This document shows positions 1 through 8,255 of a stretch of DNA of 24,112 bases, one piece after another. A program made the position numbers and the translations under genes. The stretch covers positions 1-24,112 of IMG/VR virus record IMGVR_UViG_3300006879_000851; one strand, 5' to 3'. The DNA is from a virus (Duplodnaviria > Caudoviricetes). The notes below the pieces were generated by a model. That model worked only from the letters and a program-made list of their open reading frames with translations, searched no databases and was not told the origin of the DNA. Numbering within the stretch: position 1 is the stretch's first letter; each line of letters starts with the position of its first letter.

Positions 1-6
1 CGTCAT
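1..6 (-). CDS. Start of a gene running off the left edge (ATG ACG...)
   Basis: ATG at 4-6 preceded by AGGAGAG SD, the TCAACTACTA motif (19-28) and a repeat-family promoter (61-89). Confidence 0.5.
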
Positions 7-60
7 TTGAATCTCTCCTAGTAGTTGATTTAGATGAAACATCTCTCTCATCTATATACT

Positions 61-89
61 ATTATATCAAAGTATGGCAGAATCGTACA
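61..89 (-). promoter_or_regulatory. Repeat-family promoter, class I (TGTACG-17-TATAAT)
   Basis: -35 at 84-89, -10 at 61-66, 17 bp spacer; near-identical copy at 383-446; leader hairpin TAGATGA...TCATCTA. Confidence 0.75.
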
Positions 90-124
90 TACTTATTTAC
101 AAAATATTCCAAATATTCGGAAAA

Positions 125-153
125 TAAAACGAGCTGTGAGTCAGCTCGCTTTT
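125..153 (-). terminator. Intrinsic terminator after 60-aa ORF (possibly bidirectional)
   Basis: CGAGCTG-TGAGT-CAGCTCG stem flanked by A and T runs. Confidence 0.7.
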
Positions 154-169
154 CCCTTCGTATTTATTT

Positions 170-352
170 TTATTTCATTGTATCAACTAGATAAACCTTT
201 TTATTAAATTCATCTATTATTTCAGATTTATAATCAGTAAATTGTTCATCGTTAAATTTGTCGTCATTACCAAACTCTTTTCCTTCCTCTAAAAATATTA
301 ATTCTTCAACACCGTGATCTTTCCACTCAACTACGTATTCTGTTCTTTTCAT
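170..352 (-). CDS. Small acidic hypothetical protein (60 aa)
   Basis: ORF with AGGAGG SD, own promoter (413-441) and terminator. Confidence 0.75.
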   Translation of the reverse strand: MKRTEYVVEWKDHGVEELIFLEEGKEFGNDDKFNDEQFTDYKSEIIDEFNKKVYLVDTMK

Positions 353-412
353 TTTTTATTCCTCCTGTAAAAAAAATTATTCAGATGAAACATCTCTCTC
401 ATCTATATATAC

Positions 413-441
413 ATTATATCAAAGTATGGCAGACTCGTACA
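413..441 (-). promoter_or_regulatory. Repeat-family promoter, class I (TGTACG-17-TATAAT)
   Basis: -35 at 436-441, -10 at 413-418; copy of the 32-94 element. Confidence 0.75.
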
Positions 442-518
442 TACTTTTACATAACTTTTTAAATAAAAATTTATTTAAAACATTTTAAATTTTCATACAA
501 TTCTCGTCGTATAAAAGG

Positions 519-530
519 GAACGTACGTTC
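519..530. promoter_or_regulatory. Candidate LexA/DinR (Cheo) SOS box
   Basis: GAACGTACGTTC matches the Bacillus GAAC-RNRY-GTTC core; intergenic. Confidence 0.55.
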
Positions 531-555
531 TTTGAGGCTGGGGCTTATTTTTAAA

Positions 556-598
556 AATAAAAAAGCCTAAAGACCAAACTGATCAATTAGGCTTCTTC
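556..598 (-). terminator. Intrinsic terminator after topoisomerase A subunit
   Basis: AAGCCTAA...TTAGGCTT stem followed by a T-run on the minus strand. Confidence 0.6.
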
Positions 599-601
599 AT
601 A

Positions 602-2605
602 TTAAACTACTTGAACTTTACTGCAATTACCTTTTCTTGTAATATAAACACCTGTTGCTCCACGACCACCAGTCATATTGAGATCAGAGGTTTCAAATTT
701 GACTTCTGTGCGATCTGTTTTCATTTTAATAGTTTCATCTTTATACATCGTTAGGATATCTACAAGATCTTGTTTTGCATTGTACGAGTTCTTTAAGATT
801 TTTCTGTTTCCATTAAATGATTTTATATCGACCTTAGATACTCTGTTATTTGAGTATGCCATAATTAAGAACGAAACATTTTCATCAAGGATTGAGTAGT
901 TAACAATATCTTCGTCAAAATTCATCATCCCTGGAATGAATGTCCCTAAAGTATTAGCTCGGGTGTCTTCGATATCTCTTACCGGAATTTTGTAACAATT
1001 TCTAAGTGAATCAAATACTAACACTTCAGCAAGATTATTTGTTTCAAATTTCTTAAAGACTTCATCGCCAGGCTTCAAATGAGGCTCTTGTTGTCCTTTA
1101 AATTTATACATGTAACCTTCTTTTGTAAGGAATATGTTTACATTATAATTCGGGGTATGATCCTCTACAGTAATTACAGGGGCTTCTCTGATTGATTCAA
1201 CGAGACTCTTTCGACCTTGGCCGTATTGTTTATATGTTTCTTCCAAACCTTCAATAACAATCTTGTTGAGTTCTTCTTCTTTACCAATTACGAACTTCAA
1301 TCTTTCGATTTCTTTTTCAAGATTGTCTACGTCTTTTATTTTCTTCAAAATATATTCGGAGTTAATGTTACGTAATTTCATATTGGCAACTTCGACAGCT
1401 TGATCGTAATCGATCTCGAACTTGTTTTGTAAGTTGATTTCAATCTTTTCAGCAGAAGACGTTCTAATAATTTCAATTGCTTCATCAATATCAAGTAATA
1501 CTTTTTCCAAGCCTTTTAATAAATGGAGTTTTTTACTTAATTGTTTAACATCGTAAATTATAGATCGTTCGATTGAGCTTCTTCTGAAATCTAACCATTT
1601 ATCGATAATCGGCCACACTCCAAGAACTTTCGGTAGATCATCTACTAAGATGTTCATATTAGCGCTGTAAGTGGATTGGAGAGGAGTAAATCTAAATAGC
1701 TTTTCGAGGAGCATTTCCATATCTGTTCCACGTCTTGCTGTTACTTCAATAAGCATTCCTTTTAGCCCAGTTAAATCTTTAACATCTGACACTTCACGAA
1801 GTTTTCCTTCTTTTGCAAGTTTCTCAATTCTTTCGATTATTGCTTCCCTTGTTGTAGAGTAAGGAATTTCTGTTATAAGTATTTCATTTCCTGCAATTTC
1901 GGCTTTTCCACGAATTCTCACAGTTCCTTTACCTTGTTCGTTTATTTGTTTAAATGTTTCTTCATCTTTAATAATAGTTCCACCAGTTGGAAAATCTGGG
2001 GCTAAAATTGTCTTTTCGTTTGTTTCTAGATATTTAATAATTGCTTTTGAAAGTTCTTTTAAATTAAATGACATAGTCGAAGAACTAAATCCAACACCAA
2101 TTCCACTTTGAGAATAAGCTAGAATTGCAGGGAATTTAACTGGAAGTACTTCAGGCATCATCATCGATCCATCGTAGTTGGGAATAAAGTTAACAATATT
2201 CTTGTTAAAGTCTTTCATCATATCAAGCGATATTTTAGATAAACGAACTTCAGAGTATCGATCTGCAGCTGGAGCTAAATCTCTTGCTGTATGTTGTCCA
2301 AAGTTTCCTTTTCCTTCTAGCATTGGATGCAATTGTTTGTCTGTTTGAACCATACTAACCATTGTTCCATATGACGAACCATGAGGGTGAAGTCTCATCA
2401 CGGCTCCAGCCATATTAGCAGACTTAGTAAATTTGGTAGCGTTTTGTTCTAACATAGAATATAATATTCGTCTGTGAACAGGTTTCAATCCATCTCGAAG
2501 ATCTGGTAAAGCTCTGTCTAATAGAACATAAGATGCATATTCCATCATCTTATCTTCGATAATATTTTCAATTTTTGTATCAGTAGTAGTAGTCAAGTTA
2601 AACAT
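602..2605 (-). CDS. Type IIA topoisomerase subunit A (GyrA/ParC-like), short CTD
   Basis: RALPDLRDGLKPVHRRILY, HPHG, GNFG, AADRY catalytic Tyr, PDFPTGG, ITEIPY; true start may be TTG at 2596 given AGGAGG spacing. Confidence 0.95.
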   Translation of the reverse strand: MFNLTTTTDTKIENIIEDKMMEYASYVLLDRALPDLRDGLKPVHRRILYSMLEQNATKFTKSANMAGAVMRLHPHGSSYGTMVSMVQTDKQLHPMLEGKGNFGQHTARDLAPAADRYSEVRLSKISLDMMKDFNKNIVNFIPNYDGSMMMPEVLPVKFPAILAYSQSGIGVGFSSSTMSFNLKELSKAIIKYLETNEKTILAPDFPTGGTIIKDEETFKQINEQGKGTVRIRGKAEIAGNEILITEIPYSTTREAIIERIEKLAKEGKLREVSDVKDLTGLKGMLIEVTARRGTDMEMLLEKLFRFTPLQSTYSANMNILVDDLPKVLGVWPIIDKWLDFRRSSIERSIIYDVKQLSKKLHLLKGLEKVLLDIDEAIEIIRTSSAEKIEINLQNKFEIDYDQAVEVANMKLRNINSEYILKKIKDVDNLEKEIERLKFVIGKEEELNKIVIEGLEETYKQYGQGRKSLVESIREAPVITVEDHTPNYNVNIFLTKEGYMYKFKGQQEPHLKPGDEVFKKFETNNLAEVLVFDSLRNCYKIPVRDIEDTRANTLGTFIPGMMNFDEDIVNYSILDENVSFLIMAYSNNRVSKVDIKSFNGNRKILKNSYNAKQDLVDILTMYKDETIKMKTDRTEVKFETSDLNMTGGRGATGVYITRKGNCSKVQVV

Positions 2606-2645
2606 CCTCCTAAGATTTTTGAGAAAATATATCTCTCTGTATACA

Positions 2646-2674
2646 ATTATATACAGCTCTTAGAAAAACGTAAA
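2646..2674 (-). promoter_or_regulatory. Repeat-family promoter, class II (TTTACG-17-TATAAT)
   Basis: -35 at 2669-2674, -10 at 2646-2651; AGAGAGAT leader motif. Confidence 0.65.
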
Positions 2675-2701
2675 CATAGAAAACATCTTTTTATGTTTTT
2701 G

Positions 2702-3118
2702 CTACTTTCTTGTACCTATAAACATTTTATCATCTTTCATAAGTTCATTTATTAGATCGCATACTGATTCTAAAGCAGGTATATCTTCAGCAGTAATCTT
2801 ATTCGAAACGTAGTTTTCGTTTACTTTGCTAACAACCCCTACCATAGTTTCGCTTAATACATAATTCACTTTTGTATCAAGGTAAAAAGTTCCAATGGTA
2901 TTCTTATTGATTCTAACTCCACCAATTGTTTTCAACGTAGAAGACTCTTTAAGGTACAGCCATGGTCTGTTAACTGATTTCTTAGTGATTATATCACATT
3001 TCTGTTCAATGACCTCAGAGAGCGTTTCTGGGTCTCTTATATTATCTTCGTTAACAACAACTTTCTTTACATATCGTCTTTCAAAAACTATAGAATTTTT
3101 ATTTGACTCAGTTTTCAT
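2702..3118 (-). CDS. Hypothetical protein (138 aa) between topoisomerase subunits
   Basis: ORF with AAGGGG SD; no recognisable motif. Confidence 0.7.
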   Translation of the reverse strand: MKTESNKNSIVFERRYVKKVVVNEDNIRDPETLSEVIEQKCDIITKKSVNRPWLYLKESSTLKTIGGVRINKNTIGTFYLDTKVNYVLSETMVGVVSKVNENYVSNKITAEDIPALESVCDLINELMKDDKMFIGTRK

Positions 3119-3176
3119 TTTAACAACCCCTTTTATATAACTTATTTAAGTAAGTGAATTTTTGCAAGTTTTATGG

Positions 3177-3206
3177 TAAAAGAGAGAACGTCAAATGACG
3201 TCCTCT
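3177..3206 (-). terminator. Terminator-like hairpin overlapping the topoisomerase B stop codon
   Basis: AGAGGACGTC-ATTT-GACGTTCTCT followed by CTTTT. Confidence 0.6.
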
Positions 3207-5107
3207 ACAAATAAGTGTAAGTTTTCTGAAATGTAATCTTTTCGGTTAGCACCATCAATCCCCATCCATGTTTCAAGAGACTCGATCATCATCTTCGCAT
3301 CTTCAACAGTGACTCTTACAAGATTTCTAGTTTTGTCATCCATTGCTGTTTCTGCCATAGTTTCAGCATCAAGTTCTCCCAGACCCTTACAACGAGCTAA
3401 AACATATTTGCCTTTAACTTTAGGAAGTTCTTCATCTTTTTCTTTTTCAGAAAAGAAATATAACATAGAGTCATCTTCAAGTTTAACTTCGTATAGTGGA
3501 GTTTGAGCAATATAAATATGACCTTTGTTTAAAAGCTCTGGCATCAGTCGGTAGAACATAGTGATAATCAAACAAGCAATTTGGTGCCCATCAGGATCGG
3601 CGTCTGTTGAGATTATGATTTTGCCATACCTTAATTTTTCAATATTGAACGATTCTAAATCTTTGTTTTTTCTATCAGCTTGAATTCCACAACCAAGAAC
3701 TTTTACTAAATCAGTTATGATCTGATTTTTAAAAATAGTTGGATAGTCAGCTTTTAGACAGTTTAAGATTTTACCTCTTAACGGATATGCAGCTTGGAAG
3801 ATTGCATCTCTTGCTAGAACGATTGAGCCTAGTGCTGAGTGTCCTTCTGCAATAAAAAGCTCTGAATCTTTTCCGTGCTTTTTACTGTCAACAAGATTTT
3901 CTACTCTGTTTCCGATTCCGTCAACTTTTTCATTCAGTTTCTTTTTTAGTTGTTGTTTAGCTCTCAGAGATTGTGAGTTATGTTTCTGAACAGCAAGAAG
4001 ATGATTGATAAACTTTTTAAAGCCTTTTTCGTCTTCTACCATGAAAGCTTGAAGCAATTGCTTTACATGCTTATCAGCGATCTTTTTATATAGCTGTTTG
4101 TTTGTAGATAATTTTGTTTGGTTTTGGAATTCAACTTTATTTGATAAAGCAACACATACATAGCTCACACTTGACTCAATATCTGAGGTCATAAACGATT
4201 TAATGTTTTTAGGAAACAAATTATTATCTCTGCAATACTTACTTACAAAGTTTCTTATTCCAGAAACAATTCCATCGTGAAACGTTCCGTACTCTGACAG
4301 ATACGTAAGGTTTAAATATGATTCTTGAACAGGCTCAGTTGCTGTGGAAAACACAACTTTAATTTTATTAATTTCATCATCGTCATCATACTCAGTTTCA
4401 GGTGAAGTGATGATCGGCGACGTTCTTGTATTATTTACAATTTCGTCGAAATACTCTTCAACTGTTTCATAATGGAATTCCGTAGTTTCGCCATTATGAA
4501 TAAAGCTTAATTTAACTTTTGGAGAACCTACAGCGAATCTTTTTACGATGTCTTCTACTTCGCTTTTGTCATATTTCGTTCTAGGGTAAACTTCTTCATC
4601 AAGTTTAAATGTTACTCGAGTTCCATGTTTTTCTTTACTGCAAGTTTCTTCTTTCAGTCCATCGACAATTTCTCCACCGTTGATAAATTCAACAGTATGT
4701 TTTTTACCATTCGACCAAGATTCAACTTTAAAAAGTTTAGATGTGAAGTTGAGCACTGTGGCACCAACACCATTTGTACCCGTGGTCGTCTTTTCATTTT
4801 CTTCGTACTTCGTCGAGGCAAACAATGTCGTAAATAACAAATCATAGTTTTTTATTCCGTCTGTTTTTCCGCCAATAGGAATACCTCGACCTGTATCTGT
4901 AATAGAAACTGTTTTCAAGTCTTCAAAAAGTTCAACAGTTACTTGTCCGTCTTCATAATTGTTTATTACTTCGTCTGTAGAGTTAGCAATAATTTCTTTT
5001 AATCCATGCTGATAGTTTGAAGAACTTCCGTAGAAAATAGAAATCTTTTCTCGAGATTGTTCTCTGTCACTCAACGCTCTAATTTTATCTTTGTTTTCTT
5101 TGCTCAT
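3191..5107 (-). CDS. Type IIA topoisomerase subunit B (GyrB/ParE-like)
   Basis: GHKL motifs EIIANSTDE, DTGRGIP, GTNGVG; TOPRIM motifs EGHSA, PLRGKILN, DADPDG; KGLGE. Confidence 0.95.
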   Translation of the reverse strand: MSKENKDKIRALSDREQSREKISIFYGSSSNYQHGLKEIIANSTDEVINNYEDGQVTVELFEDLKTVSITDTGRGIPIGGKTDGIKNYDLLFTTLFASTKYEENEKTTTGTNGVGATVLNFTSKLFKVESWSNGKKHTVEFINGGEIVDGLKEETCSKEKHGTRVTFKLDEEVYPRTKYDKSEVEDIVKRFAVGSPKVKLSFIHNGETTEFHYETVEEYFDEIVNNTRTSPIITSPETEYDDDDEINKIKVVFSTATEPVQESYLNLTYLSEYGTFHDGIVSGIRNFVSKYCRDNNLFPKNIKSFMTSDIESSVSYVCVALSNKVEFQNQTKLSTNKQLYKKIADKHVKQLLQAFMVEDEKGFKKFINHLLAVQKHNSQSLRAKQQLKKKLNEKVDGIGNRVENLVDSKKHGKDSELFIAEGHSALGSIVLARDAIFQAAYPLRGKILNCLKADYPTIFKNQIITDLVKVLGCGIQADRKNKDLESFNIEKLRYGKIIISTDADPDGHQIACLIITMFYRLMPELLNKGHIYIAQTPLYEVKLEDDSMLYFFSEKEKDEELPKVKGKYVLARCKGLGELDAETMAETAMDDKTRNLVRVTVEDAKMMIESLETWMGIDGANRKDYISENLHLFVEDVI

Positions 5108-5171
5108 TTTTGAAATGACCTCCGATGTAGTAGTTGATAGATATTTTACAAAATATATCTCTCTAGTAATT

Positions 5172-5200
5172 ATTATATATAGTTATCTCTCAAACGTAAA
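5172..5200 (-). promoter_or_regulatory. Repeat-family promoter, class II (TTTACG-17-TATAAT)
   Basis: -35 at 5195-5200, -10 at 5172-5177; AGAGAGAT leader. Confidence 0.65.
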
Positions 5201-5213
5201 CACTTATGTTAAA

Positions 5214-6245
5214 TTATTCGTCAAGGCCATACATTTCATCAAAGAACATTGCTGCCAAACTATCTTTGTCCTTGTGAGGGTTCTCTAACTCGCCCTCGTA
5301 CATGTCCACTTTTCGAATACTTCTTGTAAATGCTGTTTCTAAACAAGTTCTTAAGTAACCACCATAATTTTCTACATTCTCATTTTGTTCAACTTCATCA
5401 CAAACTCTATAGATCAGACCTTCATTCATTCCTCTTTCTAAATATTCTTCTATGAGTCTATTTCTAGTAGATTCTTTTGATTCAAAATTTTTTCGACGAT
5501 TTTTATAAGAATTGTTAACAGCATTGTTAACAGATTTGTTAACAGGTTTTATATATTCTTTTTTATAATTATTATTAAAATTATTATTATTAGTGGTTCT
5601 TTTTGACCCATCAAGGGGTTCGTTTTGAACCTTCATAGGTTTTATATAGGATGGTTCATTTTGACCCATCTTATGATATGACTGGGATGGTTCATTTTGA
5701 CCCATCAGGGAGTCACTTTTTTGTTCGTCGATATTTTCAGCAATATTTTCAACAATATCTTCAATTTTTTCTTCTAAATTTCTATCTAAGTCTGGATTAC
5801 TTTTTCTTCTTTTTTCTAATTCTTTTTCAGCTTGTTTTGCTTTTTCTTCTCCTTCTAAAACAGCATCATCGGCAGCGAGATTTACTAGATAAATATCTTT
5901 ATCTGTGTATGATAATTTCATAGGAAATAATTTATTAGGTTTTCCAAGTCCTTCTTGAATCTCTTCCAACAGTCCGAAATCTTTTAGCTCTTTCTTACAC
6001 CTTTTGTATGTAGATTCTGACATTCCTAAAAGTTCTTCGGCACTTTCTTGAGTTAGCCTGACATAATACTTTCCATCATCAAGCCATTCATTACTCATTG
6101 AAAGTTTAATTCTGTCTAGTAATAAGATATAAACCATTTTTGTATTAGGTTTCATCTTTCTGTACTTTTCTCCGATAATTAGAATTTTTGGAACCTTGAA
6201 GAATATTAGATTATCCTGATCATCCTTTGTAAAATATTTGCTCAA
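5214..6245 (-). CDS. repA: Replication initiator protein A (RepA_N family)
   Basis: N-terminal FFKVPKIL..YRKM...KMVYILLLDRIKLS...W.D..G..Y...KKEL..GLL...QEGLGKPN is typical RepA_N winged helix; central repeats; AAGGGG SD with TTG start. Confidence 0.85.
   Translation of the reverse strand: MSKYFTKDDQDNLIFFKVPKILIIGEKYRKMKPNTKMVYILLLDRIKLSMSNEWLDDGKYYVRLTQESAEELLGMSESTYKRCKKELKDFGLLEEIQEGLGKPNKLFPMKLSYTDKDIYLVNLAADDAVLEGEEKAKQAEKELEKRRKSNPDLDRNLEEKIEDIVENIAENIDEQKSDSLMGQNEPSQSYHKMGQNEPSYIKPMKVQNEPLDGSKRTTNNNNFNNNYKKEYIKPVNKSVNNAVNNSYKNRRKNFESKESTRNRLIEEYLERGMNEGLIYRVCDEVEQNENVENYGGYLRTCLETAFTRSIRKVDMYEGELENPHKDKDSLAAMFFDEMYGLDE
5512..5706. repeat. Intragenic replication origin candidate: iterons, AT-rich segment and TTGTTAACAG repeats
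   Basis: Four GGTTCnTTTTGAmCcwTC repeats at 5595, 5617, 5653, 5689 (5649-5670 = 5685-5706); AT-only stretch ~5559-5592; TTGTTAACAG at 5512, 5524, 5536. Confidence 0.75.
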
Positions 6246-6266
6246 TTTTTACACCCCTTATAGTAG

Positions 6267-6296
6267 TTGAAAAAATGGGGCAACATCTGTTATAAT
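6267..6296 (+). promoter_or_regulatory. Sigma-A type promoter antisense to the repA leader
   Basis: TTGAAA-18-TATAAT with extended -10 TG. Confidence 0.55.
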
Positions 6297-6302
6297 AAAT
6301 AA

Positions 6303-6358
6303 AAGGAATATGATGTTACCCTAAAAATAGCTTGAGCTTCCGACTCAGCTATTTTTTT
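6303..6358 (+). ncRNA. Candidate sRNA-1, countertranscript of the repA leader
   Basis: Promoter 6267-6296; terminator AAAAATAGCT...AGCTATTTTT (6323-6356) with loop CTTCCGA; no ORF. Confidence 0.5.
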
Positions 6359-6372
6359 ATTTCACTTTATTG

Positions 6373-6401
6373 TTGACATTATAAATGTAACATATTATAA
6401 T
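6373..6401 (+). promoter_or_regulatory. Perfect-consensus sigma-A promoter
   Basis: TTGACA(6373-6378)-17-TATAAT(6396-6401), overlapped by imperfect palindrome ACATTATA...TATAATGT. Confidence 0.8.
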
Positions 6402-6407
6402 GTATTT

Positions 6408-6480
6408 AGTAGTTGAGTTAAGCAGAAATGCTTAATCCCATCCCACACTTTTTTCTCCGATTAGTGTGGGGTATTTTTTT
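6408..6480 (+). ncRNA. Candidate sRNA-2 (~73 nt), putative trans-acting antisense regulator
   Basis: Consensus promoter; hairpin TTAAGCA-GAAA-TGCTTAA; terminator CCCACACT-loop-AGTGTGGG plus T7; G.U pairs fit the plus strand only. Confidence 0.65.
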
Positions 6481-6481
6481 A

Positions 6482-6847
6482 TCAAAATTCATCGTATAGC
6501 AATTCAAGATAATCACTTTTTCCGCACCCTTTACAAATATTAGTAGAGCTTGATATTGTATTACATAATTCACATCTGGCTTTTCCATATCGAACATCAT
6601 CTTCGACCTCTTCAACAAAATCATCAAGGACCCGAACGACCTCAGAAGTTACGTTTTTAATTGGAAGAACATCGTACTCATATTTGAATAAATTAGTTTC
6701 ATCTACCTCTACCCATTTCCCAGAGACGCTCGACCAGAACTTTTCCCAAAATTGATATTCCCCAAAATCAATTTCGCCAATGTCTAACAAAAAATCACTT
6801 TCTTCATAAAAACTTTCTAAAGCATCGTTAGAAATTTTTATTTTCAT
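6482..6847 (-). CDS. Acidic hypothetical protein with C-terminal zinc ribbon
   Basis: CELC...CKGC; AAGGGG SD. Confidence 0.75.
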   Translation of the reverse strand: MKIKISNDALESFYEESDFLLDIGEIDFGEYQFWEKFWSSVSGKWVEVDETNLFKYEYDVLPIKNVTSEVVRVLDDFVEEVEDDVRYGKARCELCNTISSSTNICKGCGKSDYLELLYDEF

Positions 6848-6923
6848 TTATAGCACCCCTTAAGTTATTGACCTTACAATGTTTATTATAATACAAATAA
6901 TTTAAAAAATACAACACTATGTC

Positions 6924-6956
6924 AAAAAAAAGAATAAGCCCGAATTTGAGCTTATT
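6924..6956 (-). terminator. Intrinsic terminator after thymidine kinase
   Basis: AATAAGCTC...GGGCTTATT stem followed by CTTTTTTTT on the minus strand. Confidence 0.7.
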
Positions 6957-6964
6957 CCAAGTTT

Positions 6965-7537
6965 TTATGAAAAATAACATTTCTCACAAAGTGCAAGATA
7001 TTTACTTTTTTCAGAAACAAATATTGCTCCTTCTCGGGCAACCTTACCATCAACTATTCTACCATTATAATCAGCCTTACTGTAACAATCGTCTGTTTGA
7101 CAGTTCATTACAATAAAGTGTATCTGAGATTTTTTTAAATTGTTTATTAAGTATTCTGAGCTTTCAAAATAACTTCCAGTGAAAGTAGTTTCTAATCCAT
7201 AAAGAAATAAATTAACGTCTTTATTTTTAAGATAATTTAAGAGCTCTTTGAGAGCTTTTCTTGAGAGGAACTGTATTTCATCAATATAAATATTGTTGAT
7301 GCTTGTACGCTCTAATAAAGTATCTAGGAAGCTTATATTTCCTTCACCATTTTCAGAAAGACAAAATCCCTCAATTGAGTCTCCGTTTCTACTTTCAATA
7401 AAAGTTCTTTCTCCAGCTTTCTTTTCAAAACTAACTGCTAAAGGTAGATTGTCTTTTTGACCAAAATAGTCAATCATCTCAATCATCTTTTTCGATTTTC
7501 CTGATCCCATCAATCCAGTAAAAAAATTAATATCCAA
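6965..7537 (-). CDS. tdk: Thymidine kinase (TK1-like)
   Basis: P-loop GLMGSGKS, IESRNG, IDEIQF, YGL..F.G.YF, C-terminal Y.ALC..C zinc ligands. Confidence 0.85.
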   Translation of the reverse strand: MDINFFTGLMGSGKSKKMIEMIDYFGQKDNLPLAVSFEKKAGERTFIESRNGDSIEGFCLSENGEGNISFLDTLLERTSINNIYIDEIQFLSRKALKELLNYLKNKDVNLFLYGLETTFTGSYFESSEYLINNLKKSQIHFIVMNCQTDDCYSKADYNGRIVDGKVAREGAIFVSEKSKYLALCEKCYFS

Positions 7538-7597
7538 TTTGCGCTCGCTCCTTTTTGTAAACTAGTAGTATTTTATCTACAAAAGAGGAAACGTAAA

Positions 7598-7783
7598 TTA
7601 AAGTATATTCTTTTCTTTTAGCTTTTCAACAATAAGTTCATAGTCTTTCGAAGGTAATATTTCACCAAACAATCTAGCGTATCTAATTCGTAATCCCTCG
7701 ACATACTCGTCAAGAGATTGATTACATGTAAATAATCCTTTTTCTTTTTCTTTAGTTAACAAATCAATTGCTGTTTCACTCAT
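7598..7783 (-). CDS. Small hypothetical protein (~61 aa, MSETAIDLL...)
   Basis: AAAGGAGAG SD before ATG 7783; the longer 99-aa call overlaps GGCT. Confidence 0.65.
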   Translation of the reverse strand: MSETAIDLLTKEKEKGLFTCNQSLDEYVEGLRIRYARLFGEILPSKDYELIVEKLKEKNIL

Positions 7784-7796
7784 ATTATTCTCTCCT

Positions 7797-8198
7797 TTAG
7801 AATGTTCCATTTTCAATTTTGTCACCGAGTCTAGTAGACATTGGACCTTCAGTATTGTAAACATATACATACGCTTCAAGTTGACCGGAATCAACATGTA
7901 AGGACTTTACTTCTCTGTTGTATAAATTATAAGGATTATTAGGTCTGTATCCTTCAAGGAAGTCTAAGGCCTCCATAGTCTCTTTTAATAACTCTTCACG
8001 TATCTCGAAGATTTCTCCAAATACTTTTCCAGTACCAGGAATCAGGCAAGGAAAGTCGCCTCCAACAAATTCATAAAGATCAGCGTTATTGATATAAGCC
8101 CTACTCTTTTTTAAGATAGCTCCAGCAGGAATTACATGATGATTTCTCTTGCCCTCTTTTAACGTCCCATAAACAAATACCTTGTTGAGTTTTTTCAT
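7797..8198 (-). CDS. Gamma-glutamylcyclotransferase (GGCT/AIG2-like)
   Basis: VFVYGTLK.G..NH, FP.L, V.GE.FE, LDFLEG, Y.R, AYVYVY. Confidence 0.9.
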   Translation of the reverse strand: MKKLNKVFVYGTLKEGKRNHHVIPAGAILKKSRAYINNADLYEFVGGDFPCLIPGTGKVFGEIFEIREELLKETMEALDFLEGYRPNNPYNLYNREVKSLHVDSGQLEAYVYVYNTEGPMSTRLGDKIENGTF

Positions 8199-8255
8199 TT
8201 TATTTTAGTTCCCTTCTGATTGTTGTGTTTTTGGTTAGAGAAAAGAGAGAGCTTC

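Noticed and set aside
602-5107. Host chromosomal gyrBA or parEC locus
   Set aside because: Divergent motifs, intervening ORF and no housekeeping neighbours such as dnaA, dnaN or recF; gene symbols withheld
5595-5706. Regularly spaced repeats as a mini CRISPR array
   Set aside because: Units are too short, spacers only 4-18 bp, located inside repA, no cas genes; iterons fit better
6868-6892. Plus-strand TTGACC...TATAAT promoter
   Set aside because: Spacer is only 13 bp
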